Below, one piece after another: positions 1 to 11,900 of a stretch of DNA of 64,000 nucleotides. This stretch comes from Camelus dromedarius. Its lineage: Eukaryota. The position numbers were made by a program, and so were the translations under genes. Positions within the stretch are counted from its first letter, which is position 1; every line of letters begins with the position of its first letter. Below the pieces are notes generated by a model. The model saw only the letters and a program-made list of their open reading frames with translations, did not search any database and was not told where the DNA came from. The DNA lies in assembly GCF_036321535.1 (NCBI RefSeq), contig NC_087436.1:496001-560000 (forward strand), written 5' to 3'.

Positions 1-1973
1 CATTAGGGACTAATTTTAAATCCTTCACATCCCCCGGTTTAACACATATCAAGAATGTTACCATTTCTAGATATTTTATTTAGGAAAGCCTTTGGTATAC
101 ATGTGGCACAGAGCACGGCAAATTGTCAGTATCACTCAGGATAGGAAAACCATGTTGGATACCCGAAATTGAGGACATGAAGAAGATGCCTGACATGTCC
201 CACTGACCTTTCAAGCTATTCTTTTTCAAACACTTGTTTCTTCTTGGTCCAGAACAGACACGCATTTGTTGATGTGAGACCCTTTAAGTGAAAAGGTCAA
301 CCCATCATTGACACTTTAGAGAATGAAATCTTACCCTCCTCATCCATGTGGACATAGCATCCTTACTGATTCCGAACATAAAAAATGACAATTGATGACA
401 TCTCAGGATGCTCCAATGCAGAGGTCCTCTGCTGCAGTGAGGAGGAAAGAGTCGTGTGCTTCAAGATGTACTTACTGTATTTAGCTCACTTGGCAAGACA
501 CGGCAACTTGTCTAAGCTAAAGCTTAAAAGTGGCGAATAGAGAAAACATCCATGGCAAAGGGCATTCGGAGGCTAATTCCTTGGCCTCACTTCATCGCTT
601 CTCAAGAGCCGTCGGCAATACCTTGAGAAAGGCAGCAACGTGGTACCCAAGACTTCAAAAAGCTGCACCTCCACTAGTTGACAGTAAAGCAAGTGTCATC
701 TGGCTCAACAGATCTCCCTGTGTCTCTACAGTGTATGGCTACATTTTCTTAATTTTCTCGGTTGGGGGACACTCCATTTTTGAAAATCCCCCTCCCTGCA
801 GTAGAAGTTCTTAGTTTCCCAATCAAAATGCAGGCTTGAAGGGGGGATAACAGAGCTGATAAAACATATATCACTATTTATTCCTTGATATATTATTGGC
901 ACATGGACTAAAAATCTTTGGGTCAGTTGGACATCAAGATCATATCTAATTTACACAATTGTCAACTGTCATTTTACTACCAGCTCCTGAAACAGTCACG
1001 TGGTCACTAGGTTTTTTTTTTCCTTCCCTTGACACTGGATTTGATGATTTCTAACAAGACACAATAGATTTTTGAAAAGAAATCTGGTTCACCTTTTGTT
1101 TTTAAACTAATTTTGTGTACCTGACCCTGACTTCACTCTAACATTCACAAAAAGCTATCCAAGGACACCCACTTTTGACATCATCTCTAGATGTCTCGAA
1201 TAGACTGCTGAGCTGATTCTTCCAGATCATTAAAATATATATGCACATTATGCTGTGGTCCTCTTCAATTTGTGGTGTTTTCAGTAATCATTACCTCTTT
1301 GGATGCTTTATTACACATTTAACATTTCTTTATCCAATTCAGTTACATTAGTATATAAGATTTCAAAAGTACTGGTTTCTCAAAATGATGATATGTAAAA
1401 TCTATGGCCTTTTCTTAATCAAGTAATTCTATAAGGCTATCAAGGACAGCAGTGGAAGTTGTGTGTGGTGATTGCTGCTTCAGAGTCTCCGGTCCTGCCC
1501 CATGATCTTGCAGGTGTTTACGCATCCTTGTGAATGTCAACACATCAGTCTATTAGGAGCTGAAATTAAACTACCTGGATGTTAATTTTTCTTTTAAAAA
1601 CAATAAACTCAATTTCCCCTACTAATTCTTTATTGTTTCTCATACTGAGGCTCACCACTTTTCCTAATATATATGTTTGGTGGGGAGGGGGCACAGCCCT
1701 GAAAGCCTGCAGACAGCACCCACTCTATAAGATTAACCAGAGGTGGCCGTGGATGTTGTGTGACTTCAGCCACTGAGCACGAGCACCTGCTGTCCCTCCA
1801 ACTGTTCTGCCTCCATTGCTGACAGTCCTGAAGGTCACTGCCTCTTGTAAAATTCTACAACATTACAGTTCATATATTTTTAAAAGGTATCAAATTGTGA
1901 AAGTCGTCTATTGATTGTGTAAAATGGGGGGTACTTGCCTTTGCTCATTTCAGGCTAAACTAAGTCCAGAAGG

Positions 1974-2029
<56 letters not shown>
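1974..2029 (+). repeat. (CA)n microsatellite, ~28 units with one interruption
   Basis: Directly visible acacacac... run, interrupted once by 'aa' near 1990. Confidence 0.97.
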
Positions 2030-2031
<2 letters not shown>

Positions 2032-2299
2032 AGTTCTGAGTGCCCCCAAAGAAAAGTTTGAAAGTCTTCGGGACAGAGGTGACACGCAAACCTTTGGAAT
2101 TTTGAGCTCTGTGAAAGTATCACTTATTCAGAAATTAAGCATTATAGTTCTAGACCAACAGAATCAGGGTCCTCCGCAAGTTACTTACCAGAGATTTTTT
2201 AAAGAAACTATCTTCCCTAAAATCCAATGATAAATCAAATATCCATGGAAAGAATATAGATCAGTAATATCAAGCAACAATTTCTACACTAATGCTGAT

Positions 2300-2590
2300 T
2301 AGCCATCAGCCCAAACCAAAGGACATAGAAATAAGACACCTGGAGATAAAGAGATGGAAGAGAGGTATTAAAAAGCAAGAATATAAAAGAAGTAATGGCC
2401 ATATGGAAACCTGCTCATTTTTTTGAAATAATTACTTGGTTAAAGGAACTCACTCTTGAGGATTGGTAATGCACCAAGAGGAAATCTAGCAGGGAAAAGA
2501 AGCAGAAGCAGGTCTCAGTTTTCTCCGAGGCTGATCCTAAATGAAAAAAAATTTCCTTGGCTTCCACAATACACAACCTGCATTGATGTC
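2300..2590 (+). mobile_element. Possible highly decayed LINE-1 ORF1-like fragment
   Basis: A-rich, purine-biased stretch. 'ataaaagaagtaatggcc' and 'aaaaaaatttccttggcttcca' loosely recall old L1 ORF1 motifs (EEIMAE; KEKILKAS). Judged by eye only. Confidence 0.2.
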
Positions 2591-2619
2591 TAAGCAGAAG
2601 AATGAGGATGAGAGAAAAC

Positions 2620-5255
2620 TGAATATGTGTGGAAGCCACCCTTCACCAACACTGCTGGAAAACAGAATTGTGGTGTTGGGGCACTGCCCGAACCGATATA
2701 TATAACAGCAGGAATAAGCTCTAACTAGGTATCTGAGCGAAAAATGCTTTTAGCTTTAAATCTACTCAAGTAAACATGCAGAGAAATCATGGTAAGTGCT
2801 TGAGATTTAGCCTTGCTGTTTAGGTGAGACAAAGGAATTCTTCTACACTTGTTCCATTTTGGAAACATATGTGAGTGGAAGCCAACTTTCACCTAGGTTT
2901 TTGAGAACCCAGTTTCTGGTCTCGGGGAATTACGGTACTTACTTATATAAGGTGAGGCACAAGCTCCAGTTGGCTTTTCCATTCCAAAGAGCTTTTACTT
3001 GAAACCAGCTTTCAGAATCATGCTGAGAAATCAGAGTTAGTGTTTCTATATGTCACTCCACCTTTTATGCTGTATGAAAGAACTCCACAACACATGCTCA
3101 ATTTTTAGATAATGTATGAGTTTGGAAGCTGTCCTTCAACTAGCTAATTGGGAACCCACAGTTTCTGGGGTAGGGAAACTACGCTACATACATATCTATG
3201 GGGATGCATTAGTACCAAAACGGTTTTTCACTGCAAACCATGTTTACTTGCAACCGGCTCTGAAAAAAACACTGAGAAATCAGAGTAAGTGTTTCTGTAT
3301 GTCACTTAACCGTCAATGCTGGACGAAAGAACGCCTCTCCACATGATAACTTCTGACATTTGAATGTGTGTTGGAGGTGTCCTTCACCTTACTTGTTGGA
3401 AGCCCAGAGTTTCTGGTCTAGGGGAACTAAGCTACTTACAAATGTAACCGGAGGCAGTCGCTCCAACGCGGTTTTCCTAAGCAAACCACTTTTACTTTGA
3501 AACCAGCGTTAGTAAACACGCTGAGAAATCAGAGAATGTGTTTCTACATGTCACTCTGCCTTTTATGATGGATGAAAGAACGCCACTCCAAATGCTCTAT
3601 TTTCAAATCTGTATATGTATGGAAGCCTTCTTTCACCTATTTGTTGGGAACCATAATTTCAGGACTAGGGGAACTACGCTGCTTTCTTATATTTGGGGAC
3701 GTCCTAGCACCAACCCTCATTTCCACTGCAAACTGCTTTACTTGAAACCGGCTTTGAGAAACATGCTGAGAAATCAGAGATAGTGTTTCAGTATGTCACT
3801 TAACCTTCAATGCAGGATGAAAGAACGCCTCTCCACATGCTCACTTATGACAGCTGGATGAGTGTTGGAGACGTCCTTCACTTAAAATGTTGGAAAACAA
3901 GATTTTCTGGTCTAGGGGTACTACGCTGCTTACATATCTAAGGGGAGGCACTCTCTCCAATGCAGTTTTCCACACAAACAGCTTTTACTTTTAAATCGGC
4001 GTTAGTAAACATGCTGAGAAATCAGAGAATGTGTTTCTGCATGTCACTCTGCCTTTTATGCTGGATGAAAGAACATCACTCCACATGCTCTATTTTCAGA
4101 TCTGTATAAGTGTGGAGGCCGTCCTTCACCAAGCTTGTTGGGAACACAGAATTTCTGGACTAGGGAAACTACGCAGCTTTCATATATATGGCAATGTACT
4201 AACACCAACTCGGTTTTCCTATGCAAACTGCTTTTACTTGAAACCGGCTTTGCGAAACATTCTGAGAAATCAGAGTAAATGTTTCTGTATGTCACTTTAC
4301 CTTCAATGCTGGATGAAAGAACGCATCTCCACATGCTCACGTCTGACAGCTGAATGTGTGTTGGAACTGTCCTTCACCTAACTTGCAGTAAACCCATTGT
4401 TTCTGGTCTAGGGGAACTACGCTACTAACATGTCTAAGGGGAGGCACTCGCTTCAACGTGGATTTCCACAGCTAACTACTTTTACTTTGAAATCGGCTTT
4501 AGTAAACATGCTGAGAAATCAGAGAATGTGTTTCTATATGTCACTCTGCCTTTTATGCTGGGTGAAATAAGGCCTCTACACATGCTCTATTTTCAAACCT
4601 GTATATGTATGGAAGCCGTCCTTCACCTAGCTCGTTGGGAACCAACAGTTTCTGGACTAGGGAAACAACGCTGCTTTCATATATATGCGAACGAACTAGC
4701 ACCAACTCTCATTTCCACTGCAAGACGTTTTTACTTGAAACGGATTTCAGAAACATGCTAAGAAATCAGAGTGAGTGTTTCAGTATGTCACTTAACCTTC
4801 AATGGTGGAAGAAGGAACGCCTCCCAACATGCTCACTTCTGACATCTAAATGTGAGTTGGAGCCATTCACATAACTTCTTCGAAAACAAGGGTTTCTGGT
4901 CTAGGGGAACTACGCTGCTTACATATCTAAGCAGAGGCTCTCGCTCCAAAGTGGTTTTCCACAGCAAACCACTCTTCCTTAGAAACTGGCATTAGGAAAC
5001 ATGCTGAGAATTCAGAGTAAGTATTTCTGTATGTCACTTAACCTTCAATGCTGGATGAAAGAACACCTTTCCACAAGATCACTTCTGACACTTGAATTTG
5101 TGTTGGAGACGTCCTTCTCCTAACCTGTTGGAAAACCAGAGCTTCTGGAAAACGGGAACTACCCAATTTACATATCAAAGCGGAGGAACTCGATTCAAAG
5201 CAGTTTACCAAAGCAAAGTGATTTTTCTTTCAAACCACCGTTTCACAGTAAACAT
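2620..5255 (-). repeat. Diverged satellite layer in inverted orientation, ~10-11 monomers of ~246-249 bp, mostly alternating A/B (~495-bp dimer)
   Basis: 4117-4150 gccgtccttcaccaagcttgttgggaacacaga is the reverse complement of the main-array tgtgttcccaacaagctaggtgaaggacggc. 'ctgagaaatcagag' recurs every ~247 bp. Paralogous ORFs start at 3538, 4031 and 4528. Confidence 0.93.
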
Positions 5256-6960
5256 AAAAGGCAGAGTGAGATGTACAAACACGTTCTCTGATTTCTCAGT
5301 ATATTTCTTAAACCCGGTTTCAAGTAAAAGCGGTTTGCAGTGAAAAACTGAGTTCGTGCTACTACGTCCCCATATATATGAAAGCAGCGAAGTTTACCTT
5401 GGACTGAAAATCTGGGTTTCCAACAAGCTAGGTGAAAGGTGGCTTCCACACTCCTATATTCCTGAAAATTGAGCATGTGGAGAGGCGTTCCTTCATCCAG
5501 CATAAAAGGCAGAGGGACTTCTAGACACACATTCTCTGATTTCTGACCGTGTTTCTTATGCCGGTTTCAATGTAAAAGCGGTTTGATCTGGAAAACGAAG
5601 TTGGAGCGAAAGCCCCCCCTTACAAATGTAAGTAGCGTAGTTACCCTATACAAGAAACTCTGGGGTTCCAACAAGTTAGGTGAAGGACGGCTCCAAGAGA
5701 AATTCAGATGTCAAAAGTGAGCTTGTGGAGAGGCTTCTTTCATCCAGCCTTGAAGGTTAAGTTACATACAGAAACAAGTACTCTGATTTCTCAGCATGTT
5801 TCTCAAAGCCGGTTTCAAGTAAAAGCCGATTGCAGTGAAAAATCGAGTTCATGCTAGTACATCCCCATATATTGGAAAGCAGAGTAGTTTACCCTGGACT
5901 GAAACACTGGTTTTCCAAAAACTTAGGTGAAGAACGGCTTTCACACTCGTACAGATCTGATAATTGAGCATGTTGAGAGGCGTTCCTTCATGCAGCATAA
6001 AAGGCAGAGGTATTCTAGACACAAATTCTCTGATTTGTAAGCATGTTTCCTAACGCCTTTTTCAATGTAAAAGCGATTTAGTGTGGAAAACCACGTTGGA
6101 GCGAGTGTCTCCCCTTAGATATGTAAGTAGCGTAGTTCCCCTGTACCAGAAACTATGGATTTCCAACAAGTTAGCTGAAGGACGGCTCCAACGCAAACTC
6201 AGATATCAGAATTGAGCTTGTGGAGAGACGTTCTTTCATCCAGCATTGAAGGTTAAGTGACATACAGAAATAATTACTCTGATTTCTCAGCATGTTTCTC
6301 AAAGCCGATTTCAAGTAAAGGCGATTTGCAGTTTAAAATTGAGTTAGTACTATTACGTCCCGATATATATGGAAGCAGCTTAGTTTGCCTTGGACTGAAA
6401 CTCTGGGTTTCCAACAAGCTAGGTGAATTAAAGCTTCCAAACTCATAGAGTTATGAAAATTGAGCATGTTGAGAGGAGTTCCTTCATGCAGAATAAAATG
6501 CAGAGGTATTACAGACACACATTCTCTAAAATTTCAGCATGTTTCCTAACGCCGTTTTCAATGTAAAAGCGATTTAGTGTGGAAAACCACGTTGGAGTGA
6601 GCGCCTGCCCTTAGATACGTAAGTAGCTTAGTTCCCCTACAACAGAACCTCTGGTTTTCAAACAAGTTAAGTGAAGGTCGTCTCCAAAACAAATTCAGAT
6701 GTCAGAAGTAAGCCTGTGGAGAGGAGTTTTTTCATCCAGCATTGAAGGTTAAGTGATATACAGAAACAGATTCTATGAGTTGTCAGCATGTTTCTCAAAG
6801 CTGGTTTCAAATAAAAGAAGTTTACAGTATAAAACCGAGTCCATGCTAGAAAGTTCCTATATATATGAAAGAAAAGTAATTTCCATTGGACTGAAACTCT
6901 GGGTTATCAACAAGGTAGATGAAGGATGGCTTCAACACTCATCCAGTTTTGAATATTGAG
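5253..6960 (+). repeat. Diverged dimeric satellite layer, same orientation as the main array, ~7 monomers
   Basis: A-type 'cataaaaggcagag' at ~5253, 5501, 5996 and 6492. B-type 'cattgaaggttaagtgac' at ~5748, 6244 and 6740. Dimer period is 495-496 bp. Confidence 0.93.
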
Positions 6961-7780
6961 AATGTGGAGAGATATTCATTTGTCTAGCATAAAGGGAATG
7001 GTGTGCAGGAGAAACACCTACACTGGATTCTGACTATGCTTCCTAGTGCTGGTTTGAAGTTCATGCAGTTTTCATTGTAAATACGAGTTGTAACTAGTAT
7101 CTCCACATTTATACAAATGTAGTGAATTATAACACTCATAAGAAACTGTGTGTTCCCAAGAAATTTAATTGAAGACTTTCACACACACTTAACACTCAGA
7201 ATTGTGCAAGTGGAGAGAAGTTCGTTCATATATAAAAAGGAAAAGGGTTGAAATAGAATCACATACCCTGGACTCACAGTATGATTCAGAGTGACACTTT
7301 GAAGGTCACGCAGTTTTCACTGTAAAATCGACTTGGAGCTAGTACTTTCCCATATATATGCATGTAGTGTACTTACCCACTGAAAAGAAACGGTTTTTCC
7401 AACAATTAAGCTTTCTGATGCCATGCACAAATATTTATCTGTCAGAATTGAGAATGAGAAGAGAAGTTCTATTATCCAGTATAAATGGAATGGACTGTAG
7501 TAGAAAAAATTACTCTGGTTTATCAGTATCTTATCCTAGATCCGGGCAAATATCATGAAGTTTTTCTGTAAAGCTGAGTTGGAGCTAGTAATCACCATAT
7601 ATATGTATGTAGTGCAGATTACAACAGAAAAAAAATGTGTTCAAAACAATTTAGAACATTGAAGACTTACCAAAAACTTAACACTCAATATTCGACATAT
7701 AGAGAGACATTTGTTCAACTAACAAAAGGGAGTGGGTTCAGTAGAAAGACTTATAATGGATTCTTATTCGGTTACCTAGT
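6960..7780 (+). repeat. Transition layer of ~3 heavily decayed main-type monomers
   Basis: Main-array motifs (ggtttgaagttc, ttggagctagta, ccatatatatg, tgtgttccc) recur at ~247-bp spacing with many substitutions, AT drift and CpG loss. Confidence 0.88.
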
Positions 7781-8929
7781 GCTGGTTTGAAGTTCTTGCA
7801 GTTTTCACTGTGAAACCGAGTTGGAGCTAGTAGATCCCCACATATATGTATGGAGTGGAGTTACAACTGAAAAGAAACTTTGTGTTCCCAACAAGCTAGG
7901 TGAAGGACGGCTTTCACACACACTTATCTCTCAGAACTGAGCAAGTGGAGAGACGTTCGTTCATCTAGCACCAAGGGAACGGGTTGCAGGAGACACTTTT
8001 TCTCTGCTTTCTCAGTCTGTTTCCTAGTGCCGGTTTGAAGTTCCTGCAGTTTTCACTGTCAAACCGAGTTGGAGCTAGTACCTCCCCATATATATGTATG
8101 GAGTGGAGTTTGCAACTGAAAAGAAACTTTGTGTTCCCAACAAGCTAGGTAAAGGACGGCTTTCACACACACTTATCTCTCAGAACTGAGCAAGAGGAGA
8201 GATGTTCGTTCATCTAGCACAAAGGAAACGGGTTGCAGGAGACACTTTTCTCTGCTTTCTCAGTCTGTTTCCTAGTGCCGGTTTGAAGTTCCTGCAGTTT
8301 TCACTGTAAAACCGAGTTGGAGCCAGTACCTCCCCATATATATGTATGGAATGGAGTTTGCAACTGAAAAGAAACTTTGTGTTCCCAACAAGCTAGGTGA
8401 AGGACGGCTTTCACACACACTTAGATCTCGGAATTGAGCAAGAGGAGAGATGTTCGTTCATCTAGCACAAAGGGAACGGGTTGCAGGAGACACTTTTTCT
8501 CTGCCTTCTCAGTCTGTTTCTTAGTGCCGGTTTGAAGTTCTTGCAGTTTTCACTGTAAAACAGAGTTGGAGCAAGTACCTCCCCATATATATGTATGGAA
8601 TGGAGTTTGCAACTGAAATGAAACTTTGTGTTCCCAACAAGCTAGGTGAAGGACGGCTTTCACACACACTTATCTCTCGGAACTGAGCAAGTGAAGAGAC
8701 GTTCGTTCATCTAGAACAAAGGGAACGGGTTGCAGGAGACACTTTTTCTCTGCTTTCTCAGTCTGTTTCCTAGTGCCGGTTTGAAGTTCCTGCAGTTTTC
8801 ACTGTCAAACCGAGTTGGAGCTAGTACCTCCCCATATATATGTATGGAATGGAGTTTGCAACTGAAAAGAAACTTTGTGTTCCCAACAAGCTAGGTGAAG
8901 GACGGCTTTCACACACACTTATCTCTCGG

Positions 8930-11900
8930 AACTGAGCAAGTGGAGAGACGTTCGTTCATCTAGCACCAAGTGAACGGGTTGCAGGAGACACTTTTTCTCT
9001 GATTTCTCAGTCTGTTTCCTAGTGCCGGTTTGAAGTTCCTGCAGTTTTCACTGTCAAACCGAATTGGAGCTAGTACCTCCCCATATATATGTATGGAATG
9101 GAGTTTGCAACTGAAAAGAAACTTTGTTTTCCCAACAAGCTAGGTGAAGGACGGCTTTCACACACACTTATCTCTCGGAACTGAGCAAGTGGAGAGACGT
9201 TCGTTCATCTAGCACCAATGGAACGGGTTGCAGGAGACACTTTTTCTCTGCTTTCTCAGTCTGTTTCCTAGTGCCGGTTGGAACTTCCTGCAGTTTTCAC
9301 TGTAAAACCGAGTTGGAGATTGTACCTCCCCATATATATGTATGGAATGGTGTTTGCAACTGAAAAGAATCTTTGTGTTCCCAACAAGCTAGGTGAAGGA
9401 CGGCTTTCACACACACTTATCACTCAGAACTGAGCAAGTGGAGAGACGTTCGTTCATCTAGCACCAAGGGAACGGGTTGCAGGAGACACTTTTTCTCTGA
9501 TTTCTCAGTCTGTTTCCTAGTGCCGGTTTGAAGTTCCTGCAGATTTCACTGTAAAACCGAGTTGGAGCTAGTACCTCCCCATTTATATGTATGGAGTGGA
9601 GTTAGCAACTGAAAAGAAACTATGTGTTCCCAACAAGATATATGAAGGAAGTCTTTCACACACACTTATCTCTCAGAACTGAACAAGTGGAGAGACATTC
9701 GTTCATCAAGCTCCAAGGGAACGGGTTGCAGGAGACACTTTTTCTCTGCTTTCTCAGTCTGATTCCTAGTGCCGGTTTGAAGTTCCTGCAGTTTTCACTG
9801 TAAAACCGAGTTGGAGCTAGTACCTCCCCATATATATGTATGGAATGGAGTTTGCAACTGAAAAGAAACTTTGTGTTCCCAACAAGCTAGGTGAAGGACG
9901 GCTTTCACACACACTTATTTCTCAGAACTGAGCGTGTACAGAGACGTTCGTTCATCTAGCACCAAGGGAACGGGTTGCAGGAGACACTTTACCCTGGATT
10001 CTCAGTGTGTTTCCTGGTGCCGGTTTGAAGTTCCTGCAGTTTTCACTGTCAAACCGAGTTGGAGCTAGTACCTCCCCATATATATGTATGGAATTGAGTT
10101 GGCAACTGAAAAGAAACTTTGTGTTCCCAACAAGCTAGGTGAAAGACGGCTTTCACACACACTTATCTCTCAGAACTGAGCAAGTGGAGAGATGTTCTTT
10201 CATGTAGCACCAAGGGAACGGGTTGCAGGAGACACTTTTTCTCTGCTTCCTCAGTCTGTTTCCTATTGCCGGTTTGAAGTTCCTGCAGTTTTCACTGTAA
10301 AATCGAGTTGGAGCTTGTACCTCCCCATATATATGTATGGAATGGAGTTTGCAACTGAAAAGAAACTTTGTGTTCCCAACAAGCTAGGTGAAGGACGGCT
10401 TTCACACACACTTATCTCTCAGAACTGAGCAAGTGGAGAGACGTTCGTTCATCTAGCACCAAGGGAACGGGTTGCAGGAGACACTTTTCCTCTGCTTTCT
10501 CAGTCTGTTTCCTAGTGCCGGTTTGAAGTTCCTGCAGTTTTCACTGTAAAACCGAGTTGGAGCTTCTACCTCCCCATATATATGTATGGAATGGAGTTTG
10601 CAACTGAAAAGAAACTTTGTGTTCCCAACAAGCTAGGTGAAGGACGGCTTTCACACGCACATATCTCTCAGAACTGAGCAAGTGGAGAGACGTTCGTTCA
10701 TCTAGCACCAAGGGAACGGGTTGCAGGAGACACTTTTTCTCTGCTTCCTCAGTCTGATTCCTAGTGCCGGTTTGAAGTTCCTGCAGTTTTCACTGTAAAA
10801 CCGAGTTGGAGCTTGTACCTCCCCATATATATGTATGGAATGGAGTTTGAAACTGAAATGAAACTTTGTGTTCCCAACAAGCTAGGTGAAGGACGGCTTT
10901 CACACACACTTATCTCTCAGAACTGAGTAAGTGGAGAGACGTTCGTTCATCTAGCACCAAGGGAACGGGTTGCAGGGGACACTTTTTCTCTGTTTTCTCA
11001 GTCTGTTTCCTAGTGCCGGTTTGAAGTTCCTGCAGTTTTCACTGTAAAACCGAGTTGGAGCTTCTACCTCCCCATATATATGTATGGAATGGAGTTTGCA
11101 ACTGAAAAGAAACTTTGTGTTCCCAACAAGCTAGGTGAAGGGCGGCTTTCACACACACTTATCTCTCGGAACTGAGCAAGTGGAGAGACGTTCGTTCATC
11201 TAGCACCAAGTGAACGGTTTGCAGGAGACACTTTTTCTCTGATTTCTCAGGCTGTTTCCTAGTGCCGGTTTGAAGTTCCTGCAGTTTTCACTCTCAAACC
11301 GAGTTGGAGCTAGTACCTCCCCATATATATGTATGGAATGGAGTTTGCAACTGAAAAGAAACTTTGTTTTCTCAACAAGCTAGGTGAAGGACGGCTTTCA
11401 CACACACTTATCTCTCGGAACTGAGCAAGTGGAGAGACGGTAGTTCATCTAGCACCAATGGAACGGGTTGCAGGAGACACTTTTTCTCTGCTTTCTCAGT
11501 CTGTTTCCTAGTGCCGGTTGGAAGTTCCTGCAGTTTTCACTGTAAAACCGAGTTGGAGATTGTACCTCCCCATATATATGTATGGAATGGTGTTTGCAAC
11601 TGAAAAGAAACTTTGTGTTCCCAACAAGCTAGGTGAAGGACGGCTTTCACACACACTTATCACTCAGAACTGAGCAAGTGGAGAGACGTTCGTTCATCTA
11701 GCACCAAGGGAACGGGTTGCAGGAGACACTTTTTCTCTGCTTTCTCAGTCTGTTTCCTAGTGCCGATTTGAAGTTCCTGCAGTTTTCACTGTAAAACCGA
11801 GTTGGAGCTAGTACCTCCCCATTTATATGTATGGAGTGGAGTTAGCAACTGAAAAGAAACTATGTGTTCCCAACAAGATATATGAAGGAAGTCTTTCACA

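Larger units (their letters stand above)
1..2600. other. Unique non-satellite flank (AT-rich, intergenic or intronic-like)
   Basis: No 249-bp periodicity, few CpGs, and only short ORFs (<95 aa) with no recognisable protein motifs. Confidence 0.75.

Noticed and set aside
80..2639. Short flank ORFs (80-265, 530-814, 1579-1776, 2415-2639) and a possible minus-strand splice donor near 475
   Set aside because: These are short, show no recognisable domain, mostly have non-ATG starts, and give no supportable exon structure.
5142..5157. CENP-B-box-like cttctggaaaacggga near the inversion
   Set aside because: It lacks the TTCG CpG and is one base short of the required spacing. It occurs once, in decayed sequence.
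7929..8177. Origin from a C2H2 zinc-finger array (PYICME, LI..SGE, 249 close to 3x84)
   Set aside because: There is no C-x2-4-C...H-x3-5-H pattern, no TGEKP linker and no convincing 84-bp periodicity. The internal similarity lies nearer 125 bp.
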